In this document: positions 49,538 through 61,625 of the stretch, piece by piece
How positions within the stretch are numbered: the stretch's first letter is position 1
Layout: each line of letters opens with the position of its first letter
Assembly (NCBI RefSeq): GCF_963921235.1
Contig: NC_086108.1
Coordinates: 28,460,001 to 28,524,000 of the forward strand
Origin: Mobula hypostoma
Lineage: Eukaryota
Direction of reading: 5' to 3'
Length of the DNA: 64,000 nucleotides
Position numbers and translations under genes: made by a program
Notes under the pieces: model-generated
What the model was told of the DNA's origin: nothing
Seen by the model: the letters and a program-made list of their open reading frames with translations, nothing else
Database searches by the model: none

Positions 49538-51108
49538 CGCCTCTTCCTATAGATGCTGCTTGGCCTGCTGCGTTCACCAGCAACTTTGATGTGTGTTACT
49601 TAACCAGTCATGTGCCACCCCTCTAATACCATATCTTTCTAATTTGTTAATAATAATTTATGGTCAATGGTGTCAAATGCTTTTTTTAGATCAAGGAATA
49701 TTCCCACTGTGTATTCATTTCTTTCTATAGCAGTTAATATTTCCTCTACAAAATCTATGTATTGTAGTGGTTCTGTTTTTTCTGAAACCATATTGCTGTT
49801 CACAGAGTATATTATGTTTTGTTATGAAATCATCTAACCTTCTTACAAATACTAATACGTTTGTAATTAAATACATATCATATCCATTCCAATCTGTTGC
49901 TTTCTTGCTCTTTGATTTATATACTATATCAATTATTTCTTTTTCCTCAGTTGCTCTAATAAACATAGTGTAAGTATTTCTATTGATAATATTACTATTT
50001 ACTCCATCTTTATTGCTGGGTTCAATAATTGATTTAGTTAACTTTGGATCATTTTTCTTAATAAATAAATGAACAAGTGTAATGCTTCTTGTGTTATTTA
50101 TTTAATTGGGTTCTCTTTATCTAGTTTTAGGATTAATGTGAAGATCTGATCACATTTTAGGTTATATTTACGCAGAAATAGAGAAAATTCTACAGAGTTC
50201 ATAAACTTTCTAGCACCACTATACTTGATATAATATATGATACTTAATATATGACACTTCAAATATTTTATATTTTAATTTTTCCTAGCATAACTAATTT
50301 CTAACAGTTCACTGCTTGTAAATGTTTTTTAACATTCAAAGTCTTCATGGGTGATAAGGCTAGAAGTGCAGTTTAATTGCCTCTCAAAGCAATTTTGTAG
50401 GAGAGTACTATTTGCATAAATATAATCTGAAAAGCTAGTTTTTAAAACAAAAATTTCCAAGACATCTGTGTTTTGATTCCTTTTCACTTGTTATTATCAC
50501 CTAGCTGCACCCAAGCAGGCAGTTGTGCATGCTGCCTCTCCAAGTGAACAACCCAGATCCAGAGACCCGATGTTGTTTGCATGGACTTTGCATGTTCTCT
50601 CTGTGATTGCATAAGTACATGCAGAGAAAATGTACAGTTGAGTTTTAGGATAGCAATGGAGGGGCGAGTGTTGATGTTTTTATGTTGGTATTTTCTTGTA
50701 TGCCTATGGGGACAATAGGCATACAAGAAAATTTAATAGAAAGTTTGGAGCTCTAAGAGTCGGCAGTCACTTGATGGATCAAATAGCATCCTTCTATGTT
50801 GTAAGGAAACATGGAAACAATGGTTTTAAGATTTATTTCTGAAACTTCCCCAAGTCAATTGAAATGTACTAACATGTGTAAGATGTTTGCTACGGTCCAC
50901 CTAAGTCTCAACTTGCATAACACATGTTCTGTGGGGAATAAGTCATTTTCTAACTATAGGTATGTGTGATGGGGTTCTGCAAGCATAGGTAGACAACCTA
51001 GAAATGTTTCATAGGCAGCAAGCATCCGGTAGAAAGTGTAATGTTTGTTCACAGCTTTAGATAATAATGATGAATACACAATTGCTATTAATTAGAATTA
51101 AGTCATTA

Positions 51109-53284
51109 CATAGAAACATAGAAACATAGAAAATAGGTGCAGGAGTAGGCCATTCGGCCCTTCGAGCCTGCACCGCCATTTATTATGATCATGGCTGATC
51201 ATCCAACTCAGAACCCAGCCTTCCCTCCATACCCCCTGACCCCTGTAGCCACAAGGGCCATATCTAACTTCCTTTTAAACATAGCTAATGAACTGGCCTC
51301 AACAGTTTGCTGTGGCAGAGAATTCCACAGATTCACCACTCTCTGTGTGAAGAAGTTTTTCCTAACCTCGGTCCTAAAAGGCTTCCCCTCTATCCTCAAA
51401 CTGTGACCCCTCGTTCTAGACCTCCCCAACATCGGGAACAATCTTCCTGCATCTAGCCTGTCCAATCCCTTTAGGATCTTATACGTTTCAATCAGATCCC
51501 CCCTCAATCTTCTAAATTCCAACGAGTACAAGCCCAGTTCATCCAGTCTTTCTTCATATGAAAGACCTGCCATCCCAGGAATCAATCTGGTGAACCTTCT
51601 TTGTACTCCCTCTATGGCAAAGATGTCTTTCCTCAGATTAGGGGACCAAAACTGCACACAATACTCCAGGTGTGGTCTCACCAAGGCCTTGTACAACTGC
51701 AGTAGTACCTCCCTGCTCCTGTACTCGAATCCTCTCGCTATAAATGCCAGCATACCGTTCGCCTTTTTCACCGCCTGCTGTACCTGCATGCCCACTTTCA
51801 ATGACTGGTGTATAATGACACCCAGGTCTCGTTGCACCTCCCCTTTTCCTAATCGGCCACCATTCAGATAATAATCTGTTTTCCTATTTTTGCCACCAAA
51901 GTGGATAACTTCACATTTATCCACATTAAATTGCATCTGCCATGAGTTTGCCCACTCACCCAACCTATCCAAGTCACCCTGCATCCTCTTAGCATCCTCC
52001 TCACTGCTAACACTGCCACCCAGCTTCGTGTCATCCGCAAACTTGGAGATGCTGCATTTAATTCCCTCATCCAAGTCATTAATATATATTGTAAACAACT
52101 GGGGTCCCAGCACTGAGCCTTGCGGTACCCCACTAGTCACCGCCTGCCATTCTGAAAAGGTCCCGTTTATTCCCACTCTTTGCTTCCTGTCTGCTAACCA
52201 ATTCTCCACCCACACCAATACCTTACCCCCAATACCGTGTGCTTTAAGTTTGCACACTAATCTCCTATGTGGGACCTTGTCAAAAGCCTTTTGAAAATCC
52301 AAATATACCACATCCACTGGTTCTCCCCTATCCACTCTACTAGTTACATCCTCAAAAAATTCTATGAGATTCGTCAGACATGATTTTCCTTTCACAAATC
52401 CATGCTGACTTTGTCCGATCATTTCACCGCTTTCCAAATGTGCTGTTATCACATCCTTGATAACTGACTCCAGCAGTTTCCCCACCACCGACGTTAGGCT
52501 AACCGGCCTATAATTCCCCGGTTTCTCTCTCCCTCCTTTTTTAAAAAGTGGGGTTACATTAGCCACCCTCCAATCCTCAGGAACTAGTCCAGAATCTAAC
52601 GAGTTTTGAAAAATTATCACTAATGCATCCACTATTTCTTGGGCCACTTCCTTAAGCACTCTGGGATGCAGACCATCTGGCCCTGGGGATTTATCTGCCT
52701 TCAATCCCTTCAATTTACCTAACACCACTTCCCTACTAACATGTATTTCGCTCAGTTCCTCCATCTCACTGGACCCTCTGTCCCTTACTATTTCTGGAAG
52801 ATTATTTATGTCCTCCTTAGTGAAGACAGAACCAAAGTAATTATTCAATTGGTCTGCCATGTCCTTGCTCCCCATAATCAATTCACCTGTTTCTGTTTGC
52901 AGGGGACCTACATTTGTCTTTATCAGTCTTTTCCTTTTTACATATCTATAAAAGCTTTTACAGTCCGTTTTTATGTTCTCTGCCAGTTTTCTCTCATAAT
53001 CTTTTTTCCCCTTCCTAATTAAGCCCTTTGTCCTCCTCTGCTGAACTCTGAATTTCTCCCAGTCCTCAGGTGAGCCACTTTCTCTGGCTAATTTGTATGC
53101 TACTTCTTTGGAATTGATACTATCCCTAATTTCTCTTGTCAGCCACGGGTGCACTACCTTCCTTGATTTATTCTTTTGCCAAACTGGGATGAACAATTGT
53201 TGTAGTTCATCCATGCAACCTTTAAATGCCTGCCATTGCATATCCACCGTCAATCCTTGAAGTGTCATTTGCCAGTCTATCTTA
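51109..53284 (-). mobile_element. Young 5'-truncated CR1 LINE with uninterrupted RT frame (ORF 51208-53331)
   Basis: About 690 CR1-derived codons with no stop; KSPGPDG, NYRPVSL, DFQKAFD, PQGSVLGP, FADD intact; (TTTCTATG)n tail at 51109-51133. Confidence 0.96.
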
Positions 53285-53375
53285 CTTTCTCCATATTTTA
53301 ATTCTTGGCAGTGGTTGAATGTGACAATCATAGAACTGATAGATCAGAAACAATATTTGAGATATTAATTGGCAG

Positions 53376-54010
53376 GAGGCGGGAGGAGAAGATGGCGGCG
53401 CGATGCAGCGCGTGCAGCTCTCCGGTGAAATGATATTATATTTGTAAGTAGGATGCCGTGCACAATTTTAATTTGATGGAGACAGACGTGAGAAGCAGAG
53501 GAACATCTGGAGAAAACTTCTGAAATGCCTGGTTCGCTGCTGCTGCTACTGTGCGATCGAGAATCTCCGGAGGGAAGGCCCCAAAATCCCCGGCTTTGCC
53601 TGCTGCTGTCGACCAAGGCTGGGGTCGAAGCATTTGGCAGAGATGGTGCTCGGTACTCGGTGTCGGAGGGCTGATTGGAGCTCGAAGTTTTCAGATGACT
53701 CAGAGTCAGACCGTGGTCAGGCATGGCAGGGAGAGTTTTCTTCCTTCTCCCGTCTGCGTGAGATGTGGGACTTTCAAGAGACTTGGAACGTTTTTACTGT
53801 GACCATGACCTGTTCTTCATCAAGTTATGGTATTGTTGCACTGTTGTAGCTATATGTTATAATTATGTGGTTTTTATTAGTTTTTCAGTCTTGGTCTGTC
53901 CTATGTTTTTGTGATATCACACCGGAGGAATATTGTATCATTTCTTAATGCATGCATTATTAAATGACAATAAAAGAGGGCTGCATGTCCTCATAATCTA
54001 ATCTAATCTA
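53376..54010 (+). mobile_element. CpG-rich non-autonomous retroposon (AAGATGGCGGCG head, (AATCT)n tail)
   Basis: Head 53389-53400; 3' end gacaataaaagagg...ataatctaatctaatcta. Confidence 0.7.
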
Positions 54011-54061
54011 TTAGGTAGAATCTGTGAAGCAGACCACGACATTCATTTAAGCTTTTAATAT

Positions 54062-54751
54062 AGTTCAAGATTAAGTTTAAGTTCAAGTTCAAGCTCAATT
54101 GTCAATCAACCATACATGAATACAGTCAAACAAAACAGTGTTACTCCAGGGCCAAGGTGCAAAACACAGTACCAGCAGTCATTCACAACACAAGGCACAC
54201 ATAGCACATATAGCACAGCAGTAAAATATAATCACAAAACAGAACATATAATCCAAGTCCCTGAATCCATGAATGTTGCAGCAGTCTGGAGTTGAACACA
54301 ATACATTGCGTCTACTACTGACTTGATGCCTCTCTCATGGGCGGCTGCAAATATGCACCATCGTGCTTTGAGGCCTAGTCCTCGCATGACCAAGTGCACG
54401 TAGCTCCCCTGCCTTTCGCCCACAAAACTGTGAACGGGACTAGAAATATTCCACATCACCAATGTCCAATAAGGGACTTGTAATAACAAGTGACTAAGAA
54501 AATCACTCGTTGTTAGACTGCACAGTCCTTTCCCACACCAACACATCTCTAATGCAGGCAGCAGCACAATCCACACCAAGTCCAGCTCCTTCAGTTTTTC
54601 TGCCAACAAGCAACTCGTTGATGGGGTACATCTGCAGTACTTTATGTTCTTAATGTCCAGCAGGGTTTTCCTGATCATAACAAATACAGTATAATAACAC
54701 CTTTGGTTGGCACTGTAGAAGCCTCTGCGGCCGAGTGTGCTGCCATCTTAC
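54062..54751 (-). mobile_element. Non-autonomous retroposon (AAGATGGCAGC head, (TTGAAC)n tail)
   Basis: gctgccatctt at 54739-54749; aagttcaagttcaag tail; shares the ggccaaggtgcaaaa block with ~29970-29985 (reverse) and ~61668-61680. Confidence 0.6.
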
Positions 54752-56689
54752 TGGACATATAACATCTGCTGCATCTATTATGACACATCAAAGTGTTTCT
54801 ATGAACACTTATGTATTATTTAATTACAAATTCCCTTGTGCACAACTAAAATTGAGGTAGTCTACATAAATTAGTGAGAGGACATTAATACATTGTGGAG
54901 AGTTTATTTATACATTCTCCATTATAAAAAGGTGGAAAAAAATTCATAATGGAAATATAAATGAGGACTCTTCCCTTGTTCTGACAACTATCTGAACCTG
55001 AACTAGATGGTCCAGAGGTAGAGTGTCATGCTTGATTCCTGAGATGAACTTTACAACATATTTTTGTTCTGTTGCCAAGATCTGCGTAATTCTGCAGGCC
55101 CTCCAAGGCACATTACATCCTTATTTCAAAACTCTCATCAATTCCACTCATGTCATATCCTGGCTCTCTTTTGATAGTTTTACAGATTACGCAAATTCCA
55201 TTTGTAGTCAAATGTCTGCAGCAAGAATGCACAACTCATGGCGAACAATAAATAGACAAAAAGGTTGACTGAAGCCCTATCCCAAGATGCTGTTGGGCTC
55301 TGGTGTTGATACGGAACTTTGAAGTAGACTTATAATAGTTTTTCATTTAAGACACACGGTTTCCATCCATGTGTATATTATATGATAACGTCAGCAAAGT
55401 AACAAACCATTACAGAAATAACAAGATGATTTCAGAGTGTTTAGTTTTGTCCTTAAATTGTCACTTGCTCAATATGAATGTTTGTGGAATCATGCATGAA
55501 CAAGTTTTAGACTGCTGATAGGTAAAACAAAAAAAAACTTTTCTGCATCAAAGCATCTTTGTTGTACTAATGGCTGGACATCACGTATTCCCATCAGACA
55601 AACAGGATGGGATGGAAAAGGATGGTTATGATGAGTATTATTTATAGATTATAAGAGAGCAGATCTGGGGGTGAGAGGGAGAAGGAGAGGACAGAAAGAG
55701 AGACAGAGACAGAATCAGTGAAAAAGAGAAAGAGAGAGCCAGCAAGAGAGTGTGTATAAGTGAAAAACAGAGAAAGATTCCCCATCCCTCATCAAACCCA
55801 TTTTTACTGCAGAAATACTTTGAATAAGTTTCATAATGGTTCTCAATATCAGGTTGCATGTGTCTACTCTTTGACAGCAAACACATCTATGGCATGAGAA
55901 ATCAGTTGCCATAATAGTATGCATGCTAGTTCAACATGTGCCTATGCTGATTTGATTAGACTTTATTAAACTGAAGGTTGATGTTCTATACTTACTTAAC
56001 TTGTGCAGCCAAAAGCATGTTCAGAACAAGGAAAGACTCCCCAGAAATGCTATTTACAGATATCATTGACATCTTGCTGGCTTATGCTCTATTAATTGCT
56101 GCTAAAACTCCAAAGGACGTCAATACTACAGGAATTACTCAAAGTTGGTAACATCGGTGGGGAGTGGTGCACAAGATGCTGAAGGATTCTGGCTCGACTT
56201 CAAGCTTTTGCACTAATCAGCACAGTGTTGTTAATGAGTGGAAGTAAGGTGAATGGGTAAGAGCTCACAAAAGCAGGCTATGTTTACTCAGAGAACAAGT
56301 TTCCTTCCCAAGCCGACACAAATGTTGTCACATTTGGATGCCATCTGTGCCATCCTAGGCACCAATCTCACAGCAGGGTGTGAACCACTTCTTTTTGGAC
56401 AATTTGGTTAGCTTTCTGCTGGTGCCACCACAACAAATCAAAGGGGGACAAAGGTTACCCAAAATGACCAGGTCTTGACAACAATGCACACACTCACTAA
56501 TAGATACAAGCATTTCCATGCTGCCAAATATGCAGGGGCTGAATCCTGTAATGCTTGGACAATACCTAACAATAATTCTGCCATTTACAGCATGTTGTTC
56601 TGGGAAAGCACTGTAATACCTTGTAGAGTGGATCTCAAGATTCAGGTTACCTTTGAAGCAGGAAAAGTGAAGAGGAAGGAAAGAGATAA

Positions 56690-57325
56690 CATGGATATAT
56701 CTTGGCCAGATCATCTCCAATATGTGGATTAAAGTAAACACTGAGCAACATATCCTTGGTATGAGCAATAAGGTTCAATGTGCTGTGAGTTCTGAGGTGC
56801 TCTTCTGCACACCACTGTTGTAACATGTGGTTATTTGAGTTACTGTCACCTTCCTGTCAGCTTGACCCAGTCTAGTCATTCTTCTCTGACTCCTCTCATA
56901 AACAAGGCATTTTCACCCATAGAGCTGCTACTTATTGGATGTTTTTTGAATCATTCTCTCTAAGCTCTAGAGACTGCTCTGCATGAAAATCCCAGGAAAT
57001 AAGCAGTTTCTGAGATACTCAAACCACTGTTTGACACCAACAATCATTCCATTGTCAAAGTCAATTAGATCACATAACTGTTTACAGTTACTGCTCTGTA
57101 GACTTGCTAAATATGCCCGCAGAAAAAGAATCTCAGGATTGTATCTAGTGACACGTATGTACTCTGATAATATATTTTATTTTGAACTTTGAATTGCCCT
57201 ATTCTGATGTATGATCTGAACAACAAGTGAACCTCTTGACCATGTCTGCATGTTTTTGTGCATTGAGTTGCTGCCATATGATTGGCTGATTAGATATTTA
57301 CATTAATGAGCATGGAGTGGCCATG
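56690..57325 (-). mobile_element. Tc1-like transposon relic with a small retroposon tail inserted (~57077-57193)
   Basis: catgaaaatcccagg..agcagtttctgagatactca is the reverse complement of a Tc1 N-terminal LSISETA..LGFS motif; tgattggctgattagat subterminal sequence. Confidence 0.6.
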
Positions 57326-57683
57326 GAGCGTAATTTATTGTGATTTGCCAACACATCACGATGTAATAACTGATGTATTTTCATTCATGGTCAAGAGAGA
57401 AAAACATGCAACTTAAGGGATTAAAATGCAGAGAGAAAAAAATTCTACCTATTATTTTAGAGTCAGCAGTAGTACCATACAGTTAGTGGGGAGATACCAA
57501 TATTAATATCACACTTAACTTATGGTTTCCATTCTCATTATGACCATAAAATCCAGAAATTATTATATTGATAAAATAAACTACTGAAGTTGAAGTTGAT
57601 TTCATCTAGCCTTCCTTTCAAAATCTGGCAAATAATCTTTGCAATGCAGAATAATTAAAACAAAATCAAATTAACAGACTTAC

Positions 57684-57714
57684 CATAGTGCAGTGCTGTT
57701 TGTCCTTCACTATC
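57684..57714 (-). CDS. ACBD6: ACBD6 penultimate coding exon (31 bp)
   Basis: tctcttctgattacag|GATAGTGAAGGACAAACAGCACTGCACTATG|gtaagt = DSEGQTALHY+G; ankyrin motif, in frame with the terminal exon (G+CT = Ala). Confidence 0.92.
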
Positions 57715-57827
57715 CTGTAATCAGAAGAGACAAGTCTCATTGTATATCATTTGGAAAATCCAGAAAAATAATCTAAGTCTGAAACAATTAATAAACTTCA
57801 ATAATCTGACAGACATTACATTATTGC

Positions 57828-58395
57828 AACACACATAAAAGTTGCTGGTGAACGCAGCAGGCCAGCCAGCATCCCTAGGAAGAGGTGCAGTCGACGTTTC
57901 AGGCCGAGACCCTTCGTCAGGAGTAACTGAAGGAAGAGTGAGTAAGGGATTTGAAAGTTGGAGGGGGAGGGGGAGATCCAAAATGATAGGAGAAGACAGG
58001 AGGGGGAGGGATGGAGCCAAGAGCTGGACAGGTGATAGGCAAAAGGGATACAAGTGGATCATGGGACAGGAGGTCCGGGAAGAAAGACAAGGGGGGGTGG
58101 GACCAGAGGATGGGCAAGAGGTATATTCAGAGGGACAGAGGGAGAGAAAGGACAGTGAGAGAAAGAATGTGTGTATAAAAATAAGTAACAGATGGGGTAC
58201 GAGGGGGAGGTGGGGCATTAGCGGAAGTTAGAGAAGTCGATGTTCATGCCATCAGGTTGGAGGTGACCCAGACGGAATATAAAGTGTTGTTCCTCCAATC
58301 TGAGTGTGGTTTCATCTTTACAGTAGAGGAGGCCGTGGATAGACATGTCAGAATGGAAATGGGATGTGGAATTAAAATGTGTAAAATGTTGTTGG
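57828..58395 (-). mobile_element. Penelope 3' fragment (GIY-YIG end, 3' UTR, hammerhead 57888-57925) with 14-bp TSD
   Basis: CATTACATTATTGC at 57814-57827 and 58396-58409. Confidence 0.92.
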
Positions 58396-58734
58396 CATTA
58401 CATTATTGCTTTTATTTATGACACCAAATGAATGCAGAGGCTTTACTGCACTCTTATCCACTGGTTCTTCACTTTTGAGTTTGACTACATTTCTAATGAA
58501 AATCTCCATACTGGTTGTAAAGAAAGCAAAAGTGAAATGTTTTGTCTCATAGGCCCAAAGCGCAAAATGCAGAAGCAAAGCAAACAGCCCAGCAATTTTG
58601 AAACTTCTTGTATGTATGTTTTTTTTTCAGTCTGAAACAGCATTTGCATTGGGATTGGACAGCTCTGTACCACTTTGAAGGACATGTTGTCATACAAATA
58701 CACAAATTTAGGATCGGAGTAGGACTCAGAGGCA

Positions 58735-59900
58735 CTCAAGTCTGCTCTGCCATTTGATAATTACATAGTCAATGTAAATATAAACTCAGCTCTACCTTCA
58801 TGGCTACCTGTGGTATTATTTCATCGCTAGCTTATCTGTATATTAAAATATATTCAAAGTCTCTGCTTCTACTGTCTTTTGAGGAAGATATATACAAAGG
58901 CTGTGAAATGTCCAAGATAAACAAAATTTTCTGTCTTAAATGATTGGCCCCATTTATTTAAATATTTCCATCTGGTCCTTAATTTTCCCTCAAGAGGAAA
59001 CAACCTTCCATATTGACATTGTTAAATCCACTCAATTTTGTATGAATACAAGAGTCAGGAATTCATGATGCAATTATATAAAATTTTGGTTAAGCTGCAC
59101 TAGGAACACTTTATACTTTATTGTCGCCAAACAATTGATACTAGAACGTACAATCATCATAGCGATGTTTGATTCTGCGCTTCCCACTGCCCGGATTACA
59201 AATCAATAGTAAATATTAAAAATTTAAATTATAAATCATAAATAGAAAATAGAAAAATGGAAAGTAAGGTAGTGCAAAAAAACCGAGATGCAGGTCCGGA
59301 TATTTGGAGGGTATGGCCCAGATCTGGATCAGGATCTGTTCAGCAGTCTTATCACAGTTGGAAAGAAGCTGTTCCCAAATATTTTGTGTAAACTGGTTGC
59401 CCCGCTACAAGAAGAATGCGAAAGCTTAGAAAGTTTGCAAAAGAAATTACCAGGGTACTGTCTAGATAAGAGGGTAAGAGATTTGACAAACCTAGGATGA
59501 TTTCTCCGATCATCAAAAACTGAGAAGAAACCTGACAGAGCTTTAAAAAATTATAAGTCACAGAGAGGATATTGAGTCAGAAACTCTTCCTCAGGCTTGA
59601 AATATCTAATACCAGAGAGCATGCATTTAAGGTGAGAATGAATAAGTTCATTGGAGATGTGTGGGGCAAGTTTATTTTTTACACAGAGAGTGGTTGGTGC
59701 CTAGAACAGGATGGCAGGGGTGGTAATGGGAACAAACACAATTGTTGTATTCAAAAAACTTTTAGTATGAATGTGTAGGGAAATGGACAGATATGGTCAT
59801 GTACAGGTAAAAGAGATTTAGTTTAATCTGGCATTGTGTTTGGCACATACAACATGGGCTGAAGGGTCTGTTCCCTTGCTGTACTGCTCTATGCTGTATC
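58735..59900. mobile_element. Old CR1 fragments with a younger retroposon tail inside (~59110-59380)
   Basis: LFLRLEISNTREHAFKVR; gggctgaagggtctgttcccttgctgtactgctctatg CR1 end. Confidence 0.65.
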
Positions 59901-60984
59901 ATTCCCTCTCAATCTTCTAAGTTCCAGACCATACTTACCTCATCTTTCCGCATATGAAAATTCAGCTTTGAGTTTTATTACACCGATTCTAAGCTGTTTC
60001 CAGTGTATTACCATCCTACCTTAAATAAGGAGTCAAAGAGGTACTCTCACCCATGACTTTTTTTAAATGAAGCATAACTCCCTGGTTTAGTGTTCAAATC
60101 CCTTGGCAGTAAACAGTTACATTATTAGCGATCCTCGTAATTTGCAGTACTTGCATACTAACCTTTTGTGAATCATGCAAAAGGATTTGTTATACTCAGT
60201 AGGCAACCTTAAATAAGTGGATAACACTTAAAAAATGACAGCAGGGATACCCATCAGAAGCTGATGTTGGACCTGTTTCTGGGGTAGTAATAGAAGGGGG
60301 TTTACTCTTTCAAACTGTGTTTGAGTTTAGGTTTGGAATACTTGATTATGATCCCAAATATCTGCAACTGATCATTACCAGACTAACAATTCTCATCAAA
60401 ATCTTCCATAACAAAAACTTTCTTTTATGCTACTGTGTGTCTTTAATAAGGAACTGAATAAGTGGATTATTAGCAAAAATGAATATCAAGACAAAGAACG
60501 TTGCATTAGGACTAAATGATTGAGAGCTTGATGAAGGTTGGTGTAGATTTTAAAGTAACTGTGGGAAAGAGAGGTGACAAGACAAAGGAAGGAAGTCCCT
60601 GGAACCAGAGGTTTGCTGTTAATTTTGAAGGATATAGAGAGTTACAGAGGAAATAGATTATCTGAATCTTTAGCCACTTCATGCAATACTCAGTGGGCTA
60701 ACCTGGATTTAGGATTTCAGATATAAAGTTAGGCTGGAGAAGTTGAAGTGACTGTATTCCTCCGCAGAAAACTGGCAGGGATCCAATAGACTGAATGGCT
60801 GTCTGTCTCTTGTTCCAAAGTGATTCGATGATTTTTAATCTTTGCAGATGTACAGTGTACAAACTCCATAACCAACTACATGAGAGCATAACTAAAACAG
60901 AATATGTAGGAGAAATACAGGAGTGTATATTGTCCTAGGAATCCTTAAAAACATCCACACACTTCTTGTTCAATATTATTTTCA

Positions 60985-61625
60985 GAATCAGAATCAAAAT
61001 CAGGTATATTATCACCGGCATGTGACGTGAAACTTGTTAGCTTAGCAGCAGTTCAATGCAACACATAATATAGAAGAAAAAAAACACAAAATAAAATAAT
61101 AATAATAAATAAATAAATTGCAGTATGCGTATATTGAATAGATTAAAAATCGTGCAAAAACAGAAATACTATGTATTAAAAAAGTGAGGTCGTTTCCAAG
61201 GGTTCAATGTCCATTTAGGAATCGGATGGCAGAGGGGAAGAAGCAGTTCCTGAATCAATGAGTGTGTGCTTTCAGGCTTCTGTACCTCCTACCTGATGGT
61301 AACAGTGAGAAAAGGGCATGCCCGGGTGCTGGAGGTCCTTAATAATGGACGCTGGCTTTCTGAGACACCACTCCTTGAAGATGTCCTGGGTACTTTGTAG
61401 GCTAGTACCCAAGATGAAGCGGACTGAATTTACAACCCTCTGCAGCTTCTTTTGGTCCTGTGCAGCAGCCACCCCTCCCAGACCAGAGAGTGACGCAGCC
61501 TGTCAGAATGCTCTCCACGATATATCTATAGAAGTTTTTGGGCATACTTGTTGACGTACCAAATCTCTTCAGACTCCTAATGAAGTATAGCTGCTGTCTT
61601 GCCTTCTTTAAAACTGCATCGATTC
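60985..61625 (-). mobile_element. Rex/Babar 3' fragment
   Basis: agaatcagaatc tail; AQDQKKLQRVVNSVRFILG..ASIIKD. Confidence 0.8.

Larger units (their letters stand above)
49337..49596. mobile_element. Penelope-tail foldback with two opposed hammerheads and 14-bp TSD
   Basis: TACTTAACCAGTCA at 49323-49336 and 49597-49610; arms ~49373-49483 and 49486-49597. Confidence 0.93.
48071..50043 (-). mobile_element. AT-rich L2/Crack-group LINE, 5'-truncated, (TTCA)n tail
   Basis: CGVPQGSVLGPLLFVLYINDM..ILFADD, WFDTNKLSLNLSKTK, KFLGVIIDNKISWKPHI, LYCSLIVPY..EVWGNT. Clade assignment is tentative. Confidence 0.85.
46650..50221 (+). mobile_element. Tc1-family transposon with ~210-bp IR/DR-type TIRs and decayed transposase (47019-48025); right TIR split by a LINE
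   Basis: TA flanks (46648-46649, 50222-50223); left TIR 46650-46860; right TIR ~48028-48070 plus 50047-50221; motifs SKQLSEDLRK, LWTDETK, MQQDN, DLNHTEILW, QGGHTSY*. Confidence 0.93.

Noticed and set aside
49326..49626. Mirror ORFs MLVNAAGQAASIGRGAVDVSGRDPSSG on both strands, with relatives elsewhere
   Set aside because: Consequence of the inverted Penelope tails; not a protein family.
53380..53760. CpG-rich stretch as a host promoter, or the 119-aa ORF as a gene
   Set aside because: It is the head of a retroposon with a tandem-repeat tail.
56355..56768. 137-aa minus-strand ORF as an ACBD6 exon
   Set aside because: No recognisable domain or convincing splice sites; overlaps a transposon relic.
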